Source of the DNA: a virus
Length of the DNA: 64,000 bases
Strand: one strand, 5' to 3'
IMG/VR virus record: IMGVR_UViG_3300018080_000107
Each line of letters opens with the position of its first letter. Within the stretch, counting starts at the first letter, position 1. Both the position numbers and the translations under genes were made by a program. The notes under the pieces are model-generated. The model did no database searches. It was not told where the DNA came from and saw nothing but the letters and a program-made list of their open reading frames with translations. Shown piece by piece: positions 9,498-19,476 of the stretch.

Positions 9498-10337
9498 ATG
9501 AGATTAAAACACTTATCCGCCAGTAGTATTAAATGCTGGGAAGATCATTGTCAATTTAAATGGTGTCTTGGATATCATATGCAGCCTCGTGTTGATTTGA
9601 AGCAAACCTATGCCGCAGACCTTGGTTCTCATATGCATGAAGTATTTGAGAAAATCGCTAAGGGCGAATTAACCCGTGACAACTGGGAAGAGTGGTCGAG
9701 GCCAGAACAGCCAAAGCTACATGATTTGGCCGCAGAAAAATTTCCAGAGTGTGAGAATATACCAGATCAAGTTATGCTCGATTGTCGTATGATCTTTGAT
9801 TGTCTTTATAAGCGTGATCCTATTTTTAATCCACTTGAAGACGGATGTAAGATAATCGGCATTGAACATAAATTTGAATACGATGTCGCTGGTGTTAGAA
9901 TCAAGGGCTTCATGGATCTTGTTCGTGAAATTGACGAAGAAACACTTGAAGTTTATGATTACAAAACTGGCAAAAGTGCAATGGGTTATGATAAGGCTCG
10001 AACAGACATCCAAGTATTGATGTATTACATGGCAGCCAGGGATCATTTCCCACAGTATAAATATGTCATTGTTACTTTAGACTATCTTCAGAAAAAACCA
10101 GTTACAATTCCGCTTGACGACAAGGTACGAACTAAAATAGAACGAAGGCTTCAAGCTGCCTGGAGACGTATTAAGAATTGTACCTCACCAGCACGAATCA
10201 AATCTGAAACGCATTGGGTTTGTCGATGTTTTTGTGATCGCCAAGAATGTGATAGGCTATGGACAATCTATCAAGATGTTTGCGGTGGTGACTTGGACGC
10301 ATTTGAAAAGTATCTAAATAGTGAAATAGAGGAGTAG
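9498..10337 (+). CDS. PD-(D/E)XK (RecB/Cas4-like) exonuclease
   Basis: HLSASS..W..C, G..MH...E, GFMDLV, VYDYKTG, Q...Y and a C-terminal C..FC....C. Start moved to ATG 9498. Confidence 0.85.
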   Translation: MRLKHLSASSIKCWEDHCQFKWCLGYHMQPRVDLKQTYAADLGSHMHEVFEKIAKGELTRDNWEEWSRPEQPKLHDLAAEKFPECENIPDQVMLDCRMIFDCLYKRDPIFNPLEDGCKIIGIEHKFEYDVAGVRIKGFMDLVREIDEETLEVYDYKTGKSAMGYDKARTDIQVLMYYMAARDHFPQYKYVIVTLDYLQKKPVTIPLDDKVRTKIERRLQAAWRRIKNCTSPARIKSETHWVCRCFCDRQECDRLWTIYQDVCGGDLDAFEKYLNSEIEE

Positions 10338-10338
10338 T

Positions 10339-13300
10339 ATGCGCTACGTTTCTTTGCATAATCACACATCATTCAGTTTCCTTGATTCTACTTGCAATAT
10401 TAAGCCTATGGTAGCACGCGCCAAAGAGATGGGTTATAAGGCTTTAGCCATTACAGATCATGGCAATCTATTTGGAGCAATGGAATTTTACCAAGAATGT
10501 GAAAAGAATGAAGTAAAACCTATTCTTGGAGTAGAAGCCTATATTGTAGAAGACATCGAAGAAAAATCCAGAAGTGCTTGCCATACAGTATTGCTCGCAA
10601 TGAATAATACTGGCTGGGAAAATATTGTGCGTTTAATGTCTTGGGCAAACCATCCATTTAATGAGGGTGGTGGTTTCTATTACAATCCTCGAATTGATCT
10701 TAAGCGACTCTTTGAACATCATGAGGGTATCATCGTCCTTACGGCATGCATACACGGCCTTGTAAACAAAGCCATAATCAAAGACGTAGAAGAGGGAACA
10801 AAGGATGCAGAGCGGCTTATAGGGCAGTTTCAAGAAGTGTTTGGCGATAGGTTCTATCTTGAAGTCCAGCAAGTCAATCGACCTGGGAAAACTTATCTGC
10901 CAGAACAAAATACGGTCCTTAGAGAAGCTAGGCGCTTAGGGAAGCAATTTGGAATCAAGTGTGTAGCTACTAATGATGTCCACTACATTCAAAAAGAAGA
11001 TAGATTAACACACGAAATTCTGAAAGCTGTTGCCAGCAAGCAAACTCTTAGTACGCCACCGAAAACTGATACAAATCCTCGTGGTCGAATAGTATTTAGT
11101 GGTTATGACTATTATATGCAAACAGATGTGGAAATGCTTGAGCGATTTACAGAAGAAGAGGTTCATATCTCAGAAGAGATTGCTGACCGATGTAATGTCA
11201 AGATTGAATTTAAACCCGCCTCGTTTATGCCTCGTTATTCAAGTGAATTATCAGACGACGAAGTGTATGAGCTTATGGTGGATACTTGCCGCAAAAATGT
11301 AATGAGGGACCGCTTATTCTCCAAGTATGATACAGCTTATGTAGATAGAATCAAAAAGGAATTTGCTGATATTAAAGATGCGGGGCTTCAACATTATTTT
11401 ATGATCGTTCACGATATCTGTAAACACGCAGATTCCCTTGGTATTGCTCGTGGGTATGGTCGTGGAAGTGCTGGCGGTAGTCTTGTATCTTATTGTCTTG
11501 GCATCACTAAGGTAGATCCAGTTCATTATGGCCTGTTTTGGGAACGGTTCTATAATCGTGGTCGTAAGGGGTCAATGCCTGATATTGATCTTGATTTTTG
11601 TGTAGAGCGTCGTGAAGAAATGATTGCCTATCTTCGTGAACAATTTGGCGACGATAGGATTTATCCTATGGCTACTATTTCTACACTGGCTGGTAAGGCA
11701 GCACTGAAAGATGTTGGAAGAACTCTCGGCATGGACTTCCACTATCTTAATAGGATTACCAAAAAATTTCCAGACAAGTTGCAGAATCCAGATAAGAATA
11801 AGGGCCAAATTATTCTGGACGCAATTGAACATGTCGAATATGTAAAGAATCTAAGTGAGGGCATTGATGAAGATGTCGAGAAATGGAATAAGGTGCTCGA
11901 AGAAGAACAGTTGACTCCAGCACAAAAAGAATTGCTTGAGCGTAAAATTGCCGAACGGAAAACACAACTTAAAATGTTATTCCTACACGCAATGAAACTT
12001 GAGGGATGCAAAAGACAACGCAGTGGTCATGCTTGCGCCATATTGATGTCCGATAGATCAATTGATGGTATTGTTCCTCTCAGTTATGATACAAGGAATA
12101 AAAAGTTATTAACTGGTTGGGATATGTATACATTAGAAGGATTGGGTTATCTTAAGCTGGACATACTTGGAGTCAAGTCAGTTACTGTTATTGATAAGAT
12201 CAGGAAAGAAATTAAACGGCTCAAGAAGCCACACTCCCCTTCTGAATCAGAAACATGGGACGATCCATCCGTTTACAGTGCGATTAGTGCTGGTAGAACA
12301 GTTGGCATCTTCCAGTTGGACGCTTATCTTGGGCAGTCATGGTGTCAAAAGGTAAAGCCTCGCAATATTGAGGAGTGGGCGGATGTCATCGCCCTTATTC
12401 GACCCGCTGTGCTTGAGGCCAAAATGGCTGATCAATACGTCAAGGCTAAGGATAGTGGATCTATCGAGTGTGTTCATGATGATCTGTATGATGTTTTTAA
12501 ACCCACACAAGGCGTTATGCTTTATCAGGAGCAAATGATTCGCATGGTACAGATTATGGCTAACTTCTCTCTTGAACGCTCTGACGTTCTAAGGGCTGCA
12601 GTTGGAAAAAAGAAGCTTGATAAAATGAAATCACTTAAGCCTGAATTTGTTGAGGGTTGCAAGGCTCATGGTTGCGACGAAACAATGGTAGAAAACTTGT
12701 GGGCCTTGATTGAAGTTGGTGCTGGATACGGGTTTAATAAAAGTCACTCTGTTGCTTATGCGTTTCTTGGATATGCAATGGCATACTACAAATTCCATTT
12801 TCCAGTTGAATACTATAAGGTTATGCTCGACATGGCGCAGAATGAGCAAAAGCCACATGAGGAAATCGCAAAGCTATACTATGATGCCATGATGCACGGA
12901 GTGGAGATTCTTCCACCCAATGTGGATCTATGCAATTTTGAATTTGAGATTCACGACGGCAAAATCTATTATGGCTTTAAGCATATTAAAAGTATTGGCC
13001 GTACAGCCATGAAGCACATCAAAAAGCTTAAGGGTGTCAAGTCGGAGGATGATTTAAGAAATAGGATTATATCTAATCGTATTACAAAGGGTGTATTGTT
13101 GCCATTGGTATATGCGGGAGTTTTTGATTCTATTATTGATCCAGCCACAAGTGATCGCCTGTTGATGATTCAAGACCTGGAAATATTCTTTTCTTTGACC
13201 GACAAAAGAAAGATGGCAGTGCTTGATATTATGGACGCTAAAAAGATTTGCTATCGACAAGCTTTATTTGGTTGGCTTAATGAGAATGACGGAAAAATTC

Positions 13301-13734
13301 GCAATGCCCAATTAGTTGATTCAATTCTTAATCAAGAAATGATGCCTCCTGCTGGAACAGAACATATCCCAGCAATGTCACAATATGAAAAAGAATATCT
13401 TGGGATTTATATGAATTATTGTGATGCAGACCGATATCCTATTGGTGAAGGGGATATCCAAAAACTTGGCGACATAATGCGGTTTAATCGTCGTAAACAT
13501 CAATATCGCACCATTGTATGTATTGATGAGCCTAAAGCTATTGTCAGCAAAAAGGGCAACAAGCTTGTTCTCGGCGAAATATTCGACACTACAGGCAAGG
13601 CGACCCTCATGTTGTTTGGAGATGAATATTGCACATTTAAGAAAACGGTGCTTGAAAATCGCGTGTTAATATTAACAGGAGAAGTTTCTGGCGGAACATT
13701 TATTGTCCGCAATTGCCAAGTTCCAAAACTCTAA
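10339..13734 (+). CDS. dnaE: DNA polymerase III alpha subunit (family C)
   Basis: PHP domain (LHNHT.FS.LD, AITDHG, TNDVHY), GRGSAGGSLV, MPDIDLDF, KLDILG, YQEQ, YGFNKSH and a C-terminal OB fold. Confidence 0.97.
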   Translation: MRYVSLHNHTSFSFLDSTCNIKPMVARAKEMGYKALAITDHGNLFGAMEFYQECEKNEVKPILGVEAYIVEDIEEKSRSACHTVLLAMNNTGWENIVRLMSWANHPFNEGGGFYYNPRIDLKRLFEHHEGIIVLTACIHGLVNKAIIKDVEEGTKDAERLIGQFQEVFGDRFYLEVQQVNRPGKTYLPEQNTVLREARRLGKQFGIKCVATNDVHYIQKEDRLTHEILKAVASKQTLSTPPKTDTNPRGRIVFSGYDYYMQTDVEMLERFTEEEVHISEEIADRCNVKIEFKPASFMPRYSSELSDDEVYELMVDTCRKNVMRDRLFSKYDTAYVDRIKKEFADIKDAGLQHYFMIVHDICKHADSLGIARGYGRGSAGGSLVSYCLGITKVDPVHYGLFWERFYNRGRKGSMPDIDLDFCVERREEMIAYLREQFGDDRIYPMATISTLAGKAALKDVGRTLGMDFHYLNRITKKFPDKLQNPDKNKGQIILDAIEHVEYVKNLSEGIDEDVEKWNKVLEEEQLTPAQKELLERKIAERKTQLKMLFLHAMKLEGCKRQRSGHACAILMSDRSIDGIVPLSYDTRNKKLLTGWDMYTLEGLGYLKLDILGVKSVTVIDKIRKEIKRLKKPHSPSESETWDDPSVYSAISAGRTVGIFQLDAYLGQSWCQKVKPRNIEEWADVIALIRPAVLEAKMADQYVKAKDSGSIECVHDDLYDVFKPTQGVMLYQEQMIRMVQIMANFSLERSDVLRAAVGKKKLDKMKSLKPEFVEGCKAHGCDETMVENLWALIEVGAGYGFNKSHSVAYAFLGYAMAYYKFHFPVEYYKVMLDMAQNEQKPHEEIAKLYYDAMMHGVEILPPNVDLCNFEFEIHDGKIYYGFKHIKSIGRTAMKHIKKLKGVKSEDDLRNRIISNRITKGVLLPLVYAGVFDSIIDPATSDRLLMIQDLEIFFSLTDKRKMAVLDIMDAKKICYRQALFGWLNENDGKIRNAQLVDSILNQEMMPPAGTEHIPAMSQYEKEYLGIYMNYCDADRYPIGEGDIQKLGDIMRFNRRKHQYRTIVCIDEPKAIVSKKGNKLVLGEIFDTTGKATLMLFGDEYCTFKKTVLENRVLILTGEVSGGTFIVRNCQVPKL

Positions 13735-13756
13735 GATGAAAAAATATTAAAAAAGT

Positions 13757-13787
13757 ATGTAAATTTTCCCGATTTCAACGTCTATTA
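13757..13787 (+). promoter_or_regulatory. ECF-sigma-like promoter ATGTAA-N16-CGTCTATTA upstream of the ssb-glycosyltransferase operon
   Basis: The same two boxes with the same 16-nt spacing recur at 20433-20463. Confidence 0.7.
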
Positions 13788-13827
13788 TAGTAGCAAGTAT
13801 ATACTTATGACAAGATGGAGGTTGAAT

Positions 13828-14154
13828 ATGGTTAATCACGTAACGCTTGTGGGTCGTATCTATCGTTCTGACTTGAGGACAACTCGTGGTGGTAACTCCG
13901 TTCTAAACGCCCGTATCGGCGTCAAAGACCGTGACGGTAGTGTTACTATGGTTGACCTTGTATTTTGGTCTACGCTGGCCCACAGGGCTTCAGAATTGCT
14001 TGATCCCGAAGATAGGACCAAGGTTGTTATTGAAGGCTCTCTTAAGCAAGACAAGTGGTTTAATGAAAATAATGAACCGAGAACTAAACTATCAGTTAAA
14101 GTAAACAAATTTTATGTACTTCAGGATATACGACCAATAGAAGACAGTGAGTAA
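13828..14154 (+). CDS. ssb: Single-stranded DNA-binding protein
   Basis: MVNHVTLVGR...LRTT.GG...V.IEGSL...W OB-fold pattern; GGAGG RBS before ATG 13828. Confidence 0.9.
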   Translation: MVNHVTLVGRIYRSDLRTTRGGNSVLNARIGVKDRDGSVTMVDLVFWSTLAHRASELLDPEDRTKVVIEGSLKQDKWFNENNEPRTKLSVKVNKFYVLQDIRPIEDSE

Positions 14155-14166
14155 TAGGGGAAAAAC

Positions 14167-17100
14167 ATGGATCAAAACAAAAGACCACCCAAACTACCTC
14201 GTGTTTGTCGAGGTGAGTTTAATGAGCAGTGGACAGTTGAAAAGCTTCAAGCAGAAATTGATAAGCTACCAGTTCGAGATAGAAAGTTGCGGATTCTATT
14301 TGTAGGTGAGGCAAGCTTTCTTAAGACTGGATTTTCTACATATTGGGACAAGGTTGTTAGCCGACTACATAAAACTGGCAAATACGATATCGCTGAACTT
14401 GGTAGTTATGCATCAACTAATGACCCAAGAGCCAAGAATGTTCCTTGGAAGTTTTATGGTGTAATGCCAGATCAAGGCGATCAACAAGGATTTGCTGCTT
14501 ATGGCAATCCACATGGCAACGCACAAGAGCGAGCCAGATACAACGAAAATCAATTCGGCAAGGGACGTTTTGATCCAATAGTCGCTGAATTTAAGCCAGA
14601 TATAGTTGTCGATTTGCGTGACCACTGGATGACTCACTGGCAAAAAGATAGTGTCTTTCGTGACAAGTTCCACTGGATGTGGATGGCATGTGTAGATTCT
14701 TATCCTCAGAAATGGGATTGGCTAAAGGACTACGCAAAAGCAGATACGCTGTTAGCATATTCGTTCTTTGGCAAGGATGTAATAGAAAAGCAGTCACGAT
14801 CTGAAATAGCAAAATTCTTTGGCGTTGAACCTATTGATGTTTCTATAGTGTGTCAGCCTGGAATTGATACGGATATCTACCATCCAATGGACAAGATTGA
14901 AGTTAAGTCCGAATTGCACATACCTCCACAGGTGCAGATTATTGGAACAGTAATGCGTAACCAAAAGCGAAAGCTATTTCCTCGCATTATTGAATCTTTC
15001 CGTATCTTCAAGGAAAAGAATGGTTGGAATGAAACAGATCCACGCAAGAAGCGTATTAAAAACATTGACAATATCAAGCTTCTGCTACACACTTGCGTAA
15101 GAGATGTCGGTTTCGATATCCCACAAGCCGTTGTTCGTGAAGGATTGCAGACAGAAGTTCTATATTCATATCTGTGTCCAGAATGCGGCGTGTATGGGAT
15201 TAGTACATTCATAGGACATCCGGCGAAGTGTCCAAAGTGTGGAAAGCAATCTTTCATTACACCCAATACTCAAATTGGCCTACCAGATGAACAATTCTCA
15301 AAGCTGTTCAATCTCATGGATGTATATGTTCAAATGAGTATTGCAGAAGGTGATGGGATGCCAGTGCAAAACGCTAAGGCATGTGGAGTTCCTGTAGTAA
15401 TGTCTGATTATGCAGCACTTGCAGAAAAGGCACGCAACGGTGGTGGTATTCCTGTTAAGGGTGATCTTGAAACAGAATCCGAAACTATGCAATGGCGACA
15501 TTGGTTTGACCGAAACGATTTTGTAGATAAGCTGACAAAGTTGTTTAAAAAGTCTGGATACCTTGGACAAAAGGGACGTGAGGCTCGTCGATGTATCGAA
15601 GAATATTATGATTGGGATCTCACAGCAAAGAAGTGGGAATATATCTTTGACACTACAGAAGTGAATTCCGACGATGAGCGTTGGGCTAAGAAGATTGAAG
15701 TTGTAGAAATGCCATCTGATAAATTACATAAGCGAGAAGGTTTGTCCAATGAAGAGTTTGTTGCATTATGCTACAAAGAACTTCTTGGTAGAGAACCCGA
15801 TGAAGATGGAATGAAAAACTGGGTGGCTGGACTACAGCAAGGACAAGAGCGCAAATCAGTAGAAAATTTCTTTAGGGGGCAAACTTCACGCAAAAATCAG
15901 GCTGCAACTTTGTTGGGTCAAGGAAATGGGGAAATAGCCCTCAATCCTATTGAACGTATAGCCAAGGATATGAACGAGACAGATCAATTCCGCATTCTCT
16001 ATTGTATGCCCGAAACTGCTGGCGATGTTCTTATTAGTACAGGCATTATCACAGCACTCAAGAAAAAGTATCCCCATGCTTCTTTGTATGTTGCAACACA
16101 GAAGAAGTATTTCGATATACTTGAGAACAACCCACATGTTGATGGTGTATTTGAATACAATCAGGCACTTGACAATTATCGTACTGCAGAGCCATTTGGG
16201 CCATCTGTAGGATTTGTGGATCTATGTTTCAATCCTTATATTGTTACTCAAAGGATTCCACACTGGATACATGGTGGATTGGGAGAGTCATTGGGAGTCA
16301 CATACGGACATCTTTGTAATCTGAACTTGACAGACAATGAGATTCAAGACGGCATGTTTATCGACTTTGAAGAAGTTGAAGGTCTGCCAGCACAATTTGT
16401 AACATTCCACGGCAAAACAACACAAGACCCCAAAGATTATAGCAACTGGAATGCTGTGTTCGCACGACTTTCTGGTCTGCCCATTGTTCAAATTGGTGGC
16501 AAAGATGAACCATTGCTTGAACATCCAGACGTTGTTGATATGCGTGGAAAAACAACTCCGCAACAGCTTGCCTACATCATCAGCAAGGCAAAGCTACACA
16601 TCGGACTGGATTCATTCCCAGCACACGTTGCAAACGCTGTTGGAACTAAGTCTGTATTAGTTTATGGCGGAACGTATGCAAGGCAGGGCGGAATCCTTAA
16701 TAGTGATGCAATTGAGCCAGTACACCGAAATGGTTGTCACACAAGCTGCCATCTCGTCGAATGTATCCAAAAGAAGAATGGCGGACGGAAGTGCATTGAT
16801 AATATTCTTCCTGATACTATTGTAGAGGCTATCAAAAAGCATCTGGACAGCCGACATATTTTACCAGAAAAGACAATAACACTTTCTGCTTATTGTATTA
16901 TTAAGGATGGAAATAGGTTTGGCTTCCCGTACAAGAAGTGTATTGAAGCCGCCCTAAAGATCGCAGATGAATTTGTTATGGTTGACGGTGGTTCGACTGA
17001 CGGAACTTATGAAGACCTTCTCGATCTTGCTAATAGTGAGCCAAGGCTTAAGGTGTCACAACACGTGTGGGACATGAACAATCCTATGCTTATGGGTAAT

Positions 17101-17775
17101 GAAAAAACTTATGCTCGTCAACAATGCACCAATGACTATTTGATTCAACTTGATGCTGACGAAATAATCGTGGAAAAGGAGCCTGGTCAAATTAAAAAGA
17201 TGATTAAGGCTAATCCACAGGTTCCAATTTTTGATTTGCCTGTTGTCAATTTTTATGGAAACGATCAAACTGTAAGAGTTGATGACTCCATTTGGAAGTG
17301 GCGTATTTCCAAGAATGAATCAGAAATCGTTCACGGAGTACATGGCGCAGCACGTGACTTTGATCCAGACACTATGCAAATGGTGTATGACAAGAAGGTG
17401 AGCGATAGTTGTGAATATATCCATAGAGACACCCTAGAGATAATGCAGCATGTTTCAATTCTGCCACCACAGGCACATCAATTACATGCACATATCATGA
17501 ACTTACGACATAACGACCAAGAGATTCCGACTGATCTTCTTGAGCAATATGCCGATATGGTAAAGCAAATAGTAGACAATATGCCTTTGGTATTTCATTA
17601 TAGTTGGTACAACTTGGGAGCCAAAAAAGGCAGGGGTGAATTTTGGGACAATACCTTCCACGGAAAGAAGGAAGAAACCCACAATACAACAAAGGATATT
17701 GCAACACGCATTGAAGATTCTAAAGAATTGACAGTATCTGTTGATATTCTTCATCCACTTAAAGATCAGGAGTAA
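14167..17775 (+). CDS. Multidomain glycosyltransferase: GT4-like (Zn-ribbon insert), DUF4214-like, GT9 heptosyltransferase-like, GT2-like
   Basis: GT4: RNQKRK and EGDGMPVQNAKACGVPVV. DUF4214-like: FV..CY..LLGREPD..G...W. GT9: GDVLIST..I.ALKKKYP and IGLDSFPAHVANAVG. GT2: VDGGSTDGT and LDADE. Confidence 0.85.
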   Translation: MDQNKRPPKLPRVCRGEFNEQWTVEKLQAEIDKLPVRDRKLRILFVGEASFLKTGFSTYWDKVVSRLHKTGKYDIAELGSYASTNDPRAKNVPWKFYGVMPDQGDQQGFAAYGNPHGNAQERARYNENQFGKGRFDPIVAEFKPDIVVDLRDHWMTHWQKDSVFRDKFHWMWMACVDSYPQKWDWLKDYAKADTLLAYSFFGKDVIEKQSRSEIAKFFGVEPIDVSIVCQPGIDTDIYHPMDKIEVKSELHIPPQVQIIGTVMRNQKRKLFPRIIESFRIFKEKNGWNETDPRKKRIKNIDNIKLLLHTCVRDVGFDIPQAVVREGLQTEVLYSYLCPECGVYGISTFIGHPAKCPKCGKQSFITPNTQIGLPDEQFSKLFNLMDVYVQMSIAEGDGMPVQNAKACGVPVVMSDYAALAEKARNGGGIPVKGDLETESETMQWRHWFDRNDFVDKLTKLFKKSGYLGQKGREARRCIEEYYDWDLTAKKWEYIFDTTEVNSDDERWAKKIEVVEMPSDKLHKREGLSNEEFVALCYKELLGREPDEDGMKNWVAGLQQGQERKSVENFFRGQTSRKNQAATLLGQGNGEIALNPIERIAKDMNETDQFRILYCMPETAGDVLISTGIITALKKKYPHASLYVATQKKYFDILENNPHVDGVFEYNQALDNYRTAEPFGPSVGFVDLCFNPYIVTQRIPHWIHGGLGESLGVTYGHLCNLNLTDNEIQDGMFIDFEEVEGLPAQFVTFHGKTTQDPKDYSNWNAVFARLSGLPIVQIGGKDEPLLEHPDVVDMRGKTTPQQLAYIISKAKLHIGLDSFPAHVANAVGTKSVLVYGGTYARQGGILNSDAIEPVHRNGCHTSCHLVECIQKKNGGRKCIDNILPDTIVEAIKKHLDSRHILPEKTITLSAYCIIKDGNRFGFPYKKCIEAALKIADEFVMVDGGSTDGTYEDLLDLANSEPRLKVSQHVWDMNNPMLMGNEKTYARQQCTNDYLIQLDADEIIVEKEPGQIKKMIKANPQVPIFDLPVVNFYGNDQTVRVDDSIWKWRISKNESEIVHGVHGAARDFDPDTMQMVYDKKVSDSCEYIHRDTLEIMQHVSILPPQAHQLHAHIMNLRHNDQEIPTDLLEQYADMVKQIVDNMPLVFHYSWYNLGAKKGRGEFWDNTFHGKKEETHNTTKDIATRIEDSKELTVSVDILHPLKDQE

Positions 17776-17784
17776 TTTATAGCT

Positions 17785-19476
17785 ATGGAGAAACTACCAT
17801 TAATAGGTCATATGGTTGTTTTCAATGAAGCTTCATTCATAGAGGCGTCGATACGGAGTGCCCTACCATACCTTGATCAACTGATTGTGATTGAGGGTGC
17901 GTGGGGCACCGCTGTAAAAAGCAATGGTGGTATTAGTCGCTCTAATGACGGCACATTGGAAATCTTGCAGAAGCTTGTTCTCGAATATGGTGAAGAGAAG
18001 CTAAGAATTGTGTGTGCAAATGAATCTGTTCAATTAATACAAAGGTCTTTGCACTTTCAACTATTTCCAAAAGCCCATTGGTTATTTATTTTGGATGGGG
18101 ATGAAATTTACGAACCTTCTGAAATGAAGAAAGTAGTAGAAGCAACCAAAAGAACAGATGCTGATTATTTTTGCACGACAAGTTTAACATTTGTCAATGA
18201 TGCATTTCATTATTGTCCTATTGATTGGCCGCGTTTATTTAGAATAGATGGACCTGGGTATAAATTTAGAAGTCCAAATCATTTGTTAAACGCCCAGGAA
18301 CAAGAGTTGCGATATTGTGATAAGCCAATAGCTAAGTTTCATCACTATTCATATGTTCATCCTTCTGATAGGATGTTGCAAAAGATTCGTGATCGAATAG
18401 AAACACATTCAGAATTTAAATGGGAACTACATGGTAACTGGATAAAGAGAAAAGGCACCAGCGCAAAGTTACTTGAATATAACCATGTTCCAGAAATATT
18501 AAAAGATCATCCGTTGACACAACATCGTGCTCCAGCAGAGGCTTTCGATTATAAAGAGCCAGAAAAATTTGGTCTATTAATTCATAGTGGCATGGGCAAT
18601 TTGATCTTAGCTACGCCCATGCTTAAGGCTTTGCGTGCATGGAAGCCAGAGGCAAGAATATCTATCCTAACTTGGGATAGGGGTGCCAATATCTTGCACG
18701 GATGGAATGTTGTCAATGAGATCATAACAAAAAATCATGCACATTTTATTCACTCTATTGGCGGGTTAGACTATTTGTTGATTTCTCCAACTGCGGCTAT
18801 CAAAGATCCATCAATTTTAGGACAAAGCAAACATATTGTTGAACTACCTTCTAAAAACGGAGTGTGGGCAAAACATGAAGCCGAATACAATATGGATTTG
18901 ATCAAAGCACTTGGTTACAATGGAGTAATGCCAAGCCCAGAATGTTACACACCATGTAAAGTAGAAACAGATGGTGATTACGTGGTTGTGTCTATGGCTC
19001 ATTTACGAACCGATCATTGGCATCTTAAAAACATTGAGGACTTTAGAGTATGGATTGATGTTTGTCGTCATATAGTTGAGGAAATGGGTAAAAGTATTAT
19101 CTTACTTGGATGCGAAGAAGATTCAGATGATGCAACAAGGTTGTGTGAAAGTGTAAGCACAAACTTTGTTAAAAACCTGTGTGGACAAACAGATATTAAA
19201 CAGGCTGCAGCAATCATCAGACAAGCCTCTGCCTATATCGGTATTGATGGTGGCTTGGCTCATATTGCAGCGTGCTTCCAAGTTCCAAGTGTTATCGTTT
19301 GGACATTTACAAACATGATAAAGAACAGGCCGCTTAATCCACAAGCACGTCTTGTTGCCAACAAATGTAATAAGCGTATGAGATGTCAACATGGAGATTG
19401 GCAATCATGTGAACATAAATCATGTAGAAATATTAAGCCTCAAGATATAATCAAGAAAATAAAGGATATTCTATGA
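17785..19476 (+). CDS. Two-domain glycosyltransferase: GT2-like plus GT9 heptosyltransferase-like
   Basis: GT2: FNEA.FI...I.S, SNDGT and LDGDE. GT9: GMGNLILATPMLKALR, NLCGQT and IGIDGGLAHIAA, plus a Cys-rich C-terminus. Confidence 0.85.
   Translation: MEKLPLIGHMVVFNEASFIEASIRSALPYLDQLIVIEGAWGTAVKSNGGISRSNDGTLEILQKLVLEYGEEKLRIVCANESVQLIQRSLHFQLFPKAHWLFILDGDEIYEPSEMKKVVEATKRTDADYFCTTSLTFVNDAFHYCPIDWPRLFRIDGPGYKFRSPNHLLNAQEQELRYCDKPIAKFHHYSYVHPSDRMLQKIRDRIETHSEFKWELHGNWIKRKGTSAKLLEYNHVPEILKDHPLTQHRAPAEAFDYKEPEKFGLLIHSGMGNLILATPMLKALRAWKPEARISILTWDRGANILHGWNVVNEIITKNHAHFIHSIGGLDYLLISPTAAIKDPSILGQSKHIVELPSKNGVWAKHEAEYNMDLIKALGYNGVMPSPECYTPCKVETDGDYVVVSMAHLRTDHWHLKNIEDFRVWIDVCRHIVEEMGKSIILLGCEEDSDDATRLCESVSTNFVKNLCGQTDIKQAAAIIRQASAYIGIDGGLAHIAACFQVPSVIVWTFTNMIKNRPLNPQARLVANKCNKRMRCQHGDWQSCEHKSCRNIKPQDIIKKIKDIL

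Noticed and set aside
9498-10337. Cas4-like nuclease as a sign of CRISPR-Cas
   Set aside because: No repeat-spacer array or other cas genes are visible; solo PD-(D/E)XK nucleases are common in phage replication modules.
4389-13734. Inteins or introns in recA, dnaB or dnaE
   Set aside because: The ORFs are continuous and of normal length, with no splice-junction or homing-endonuclease motifs.
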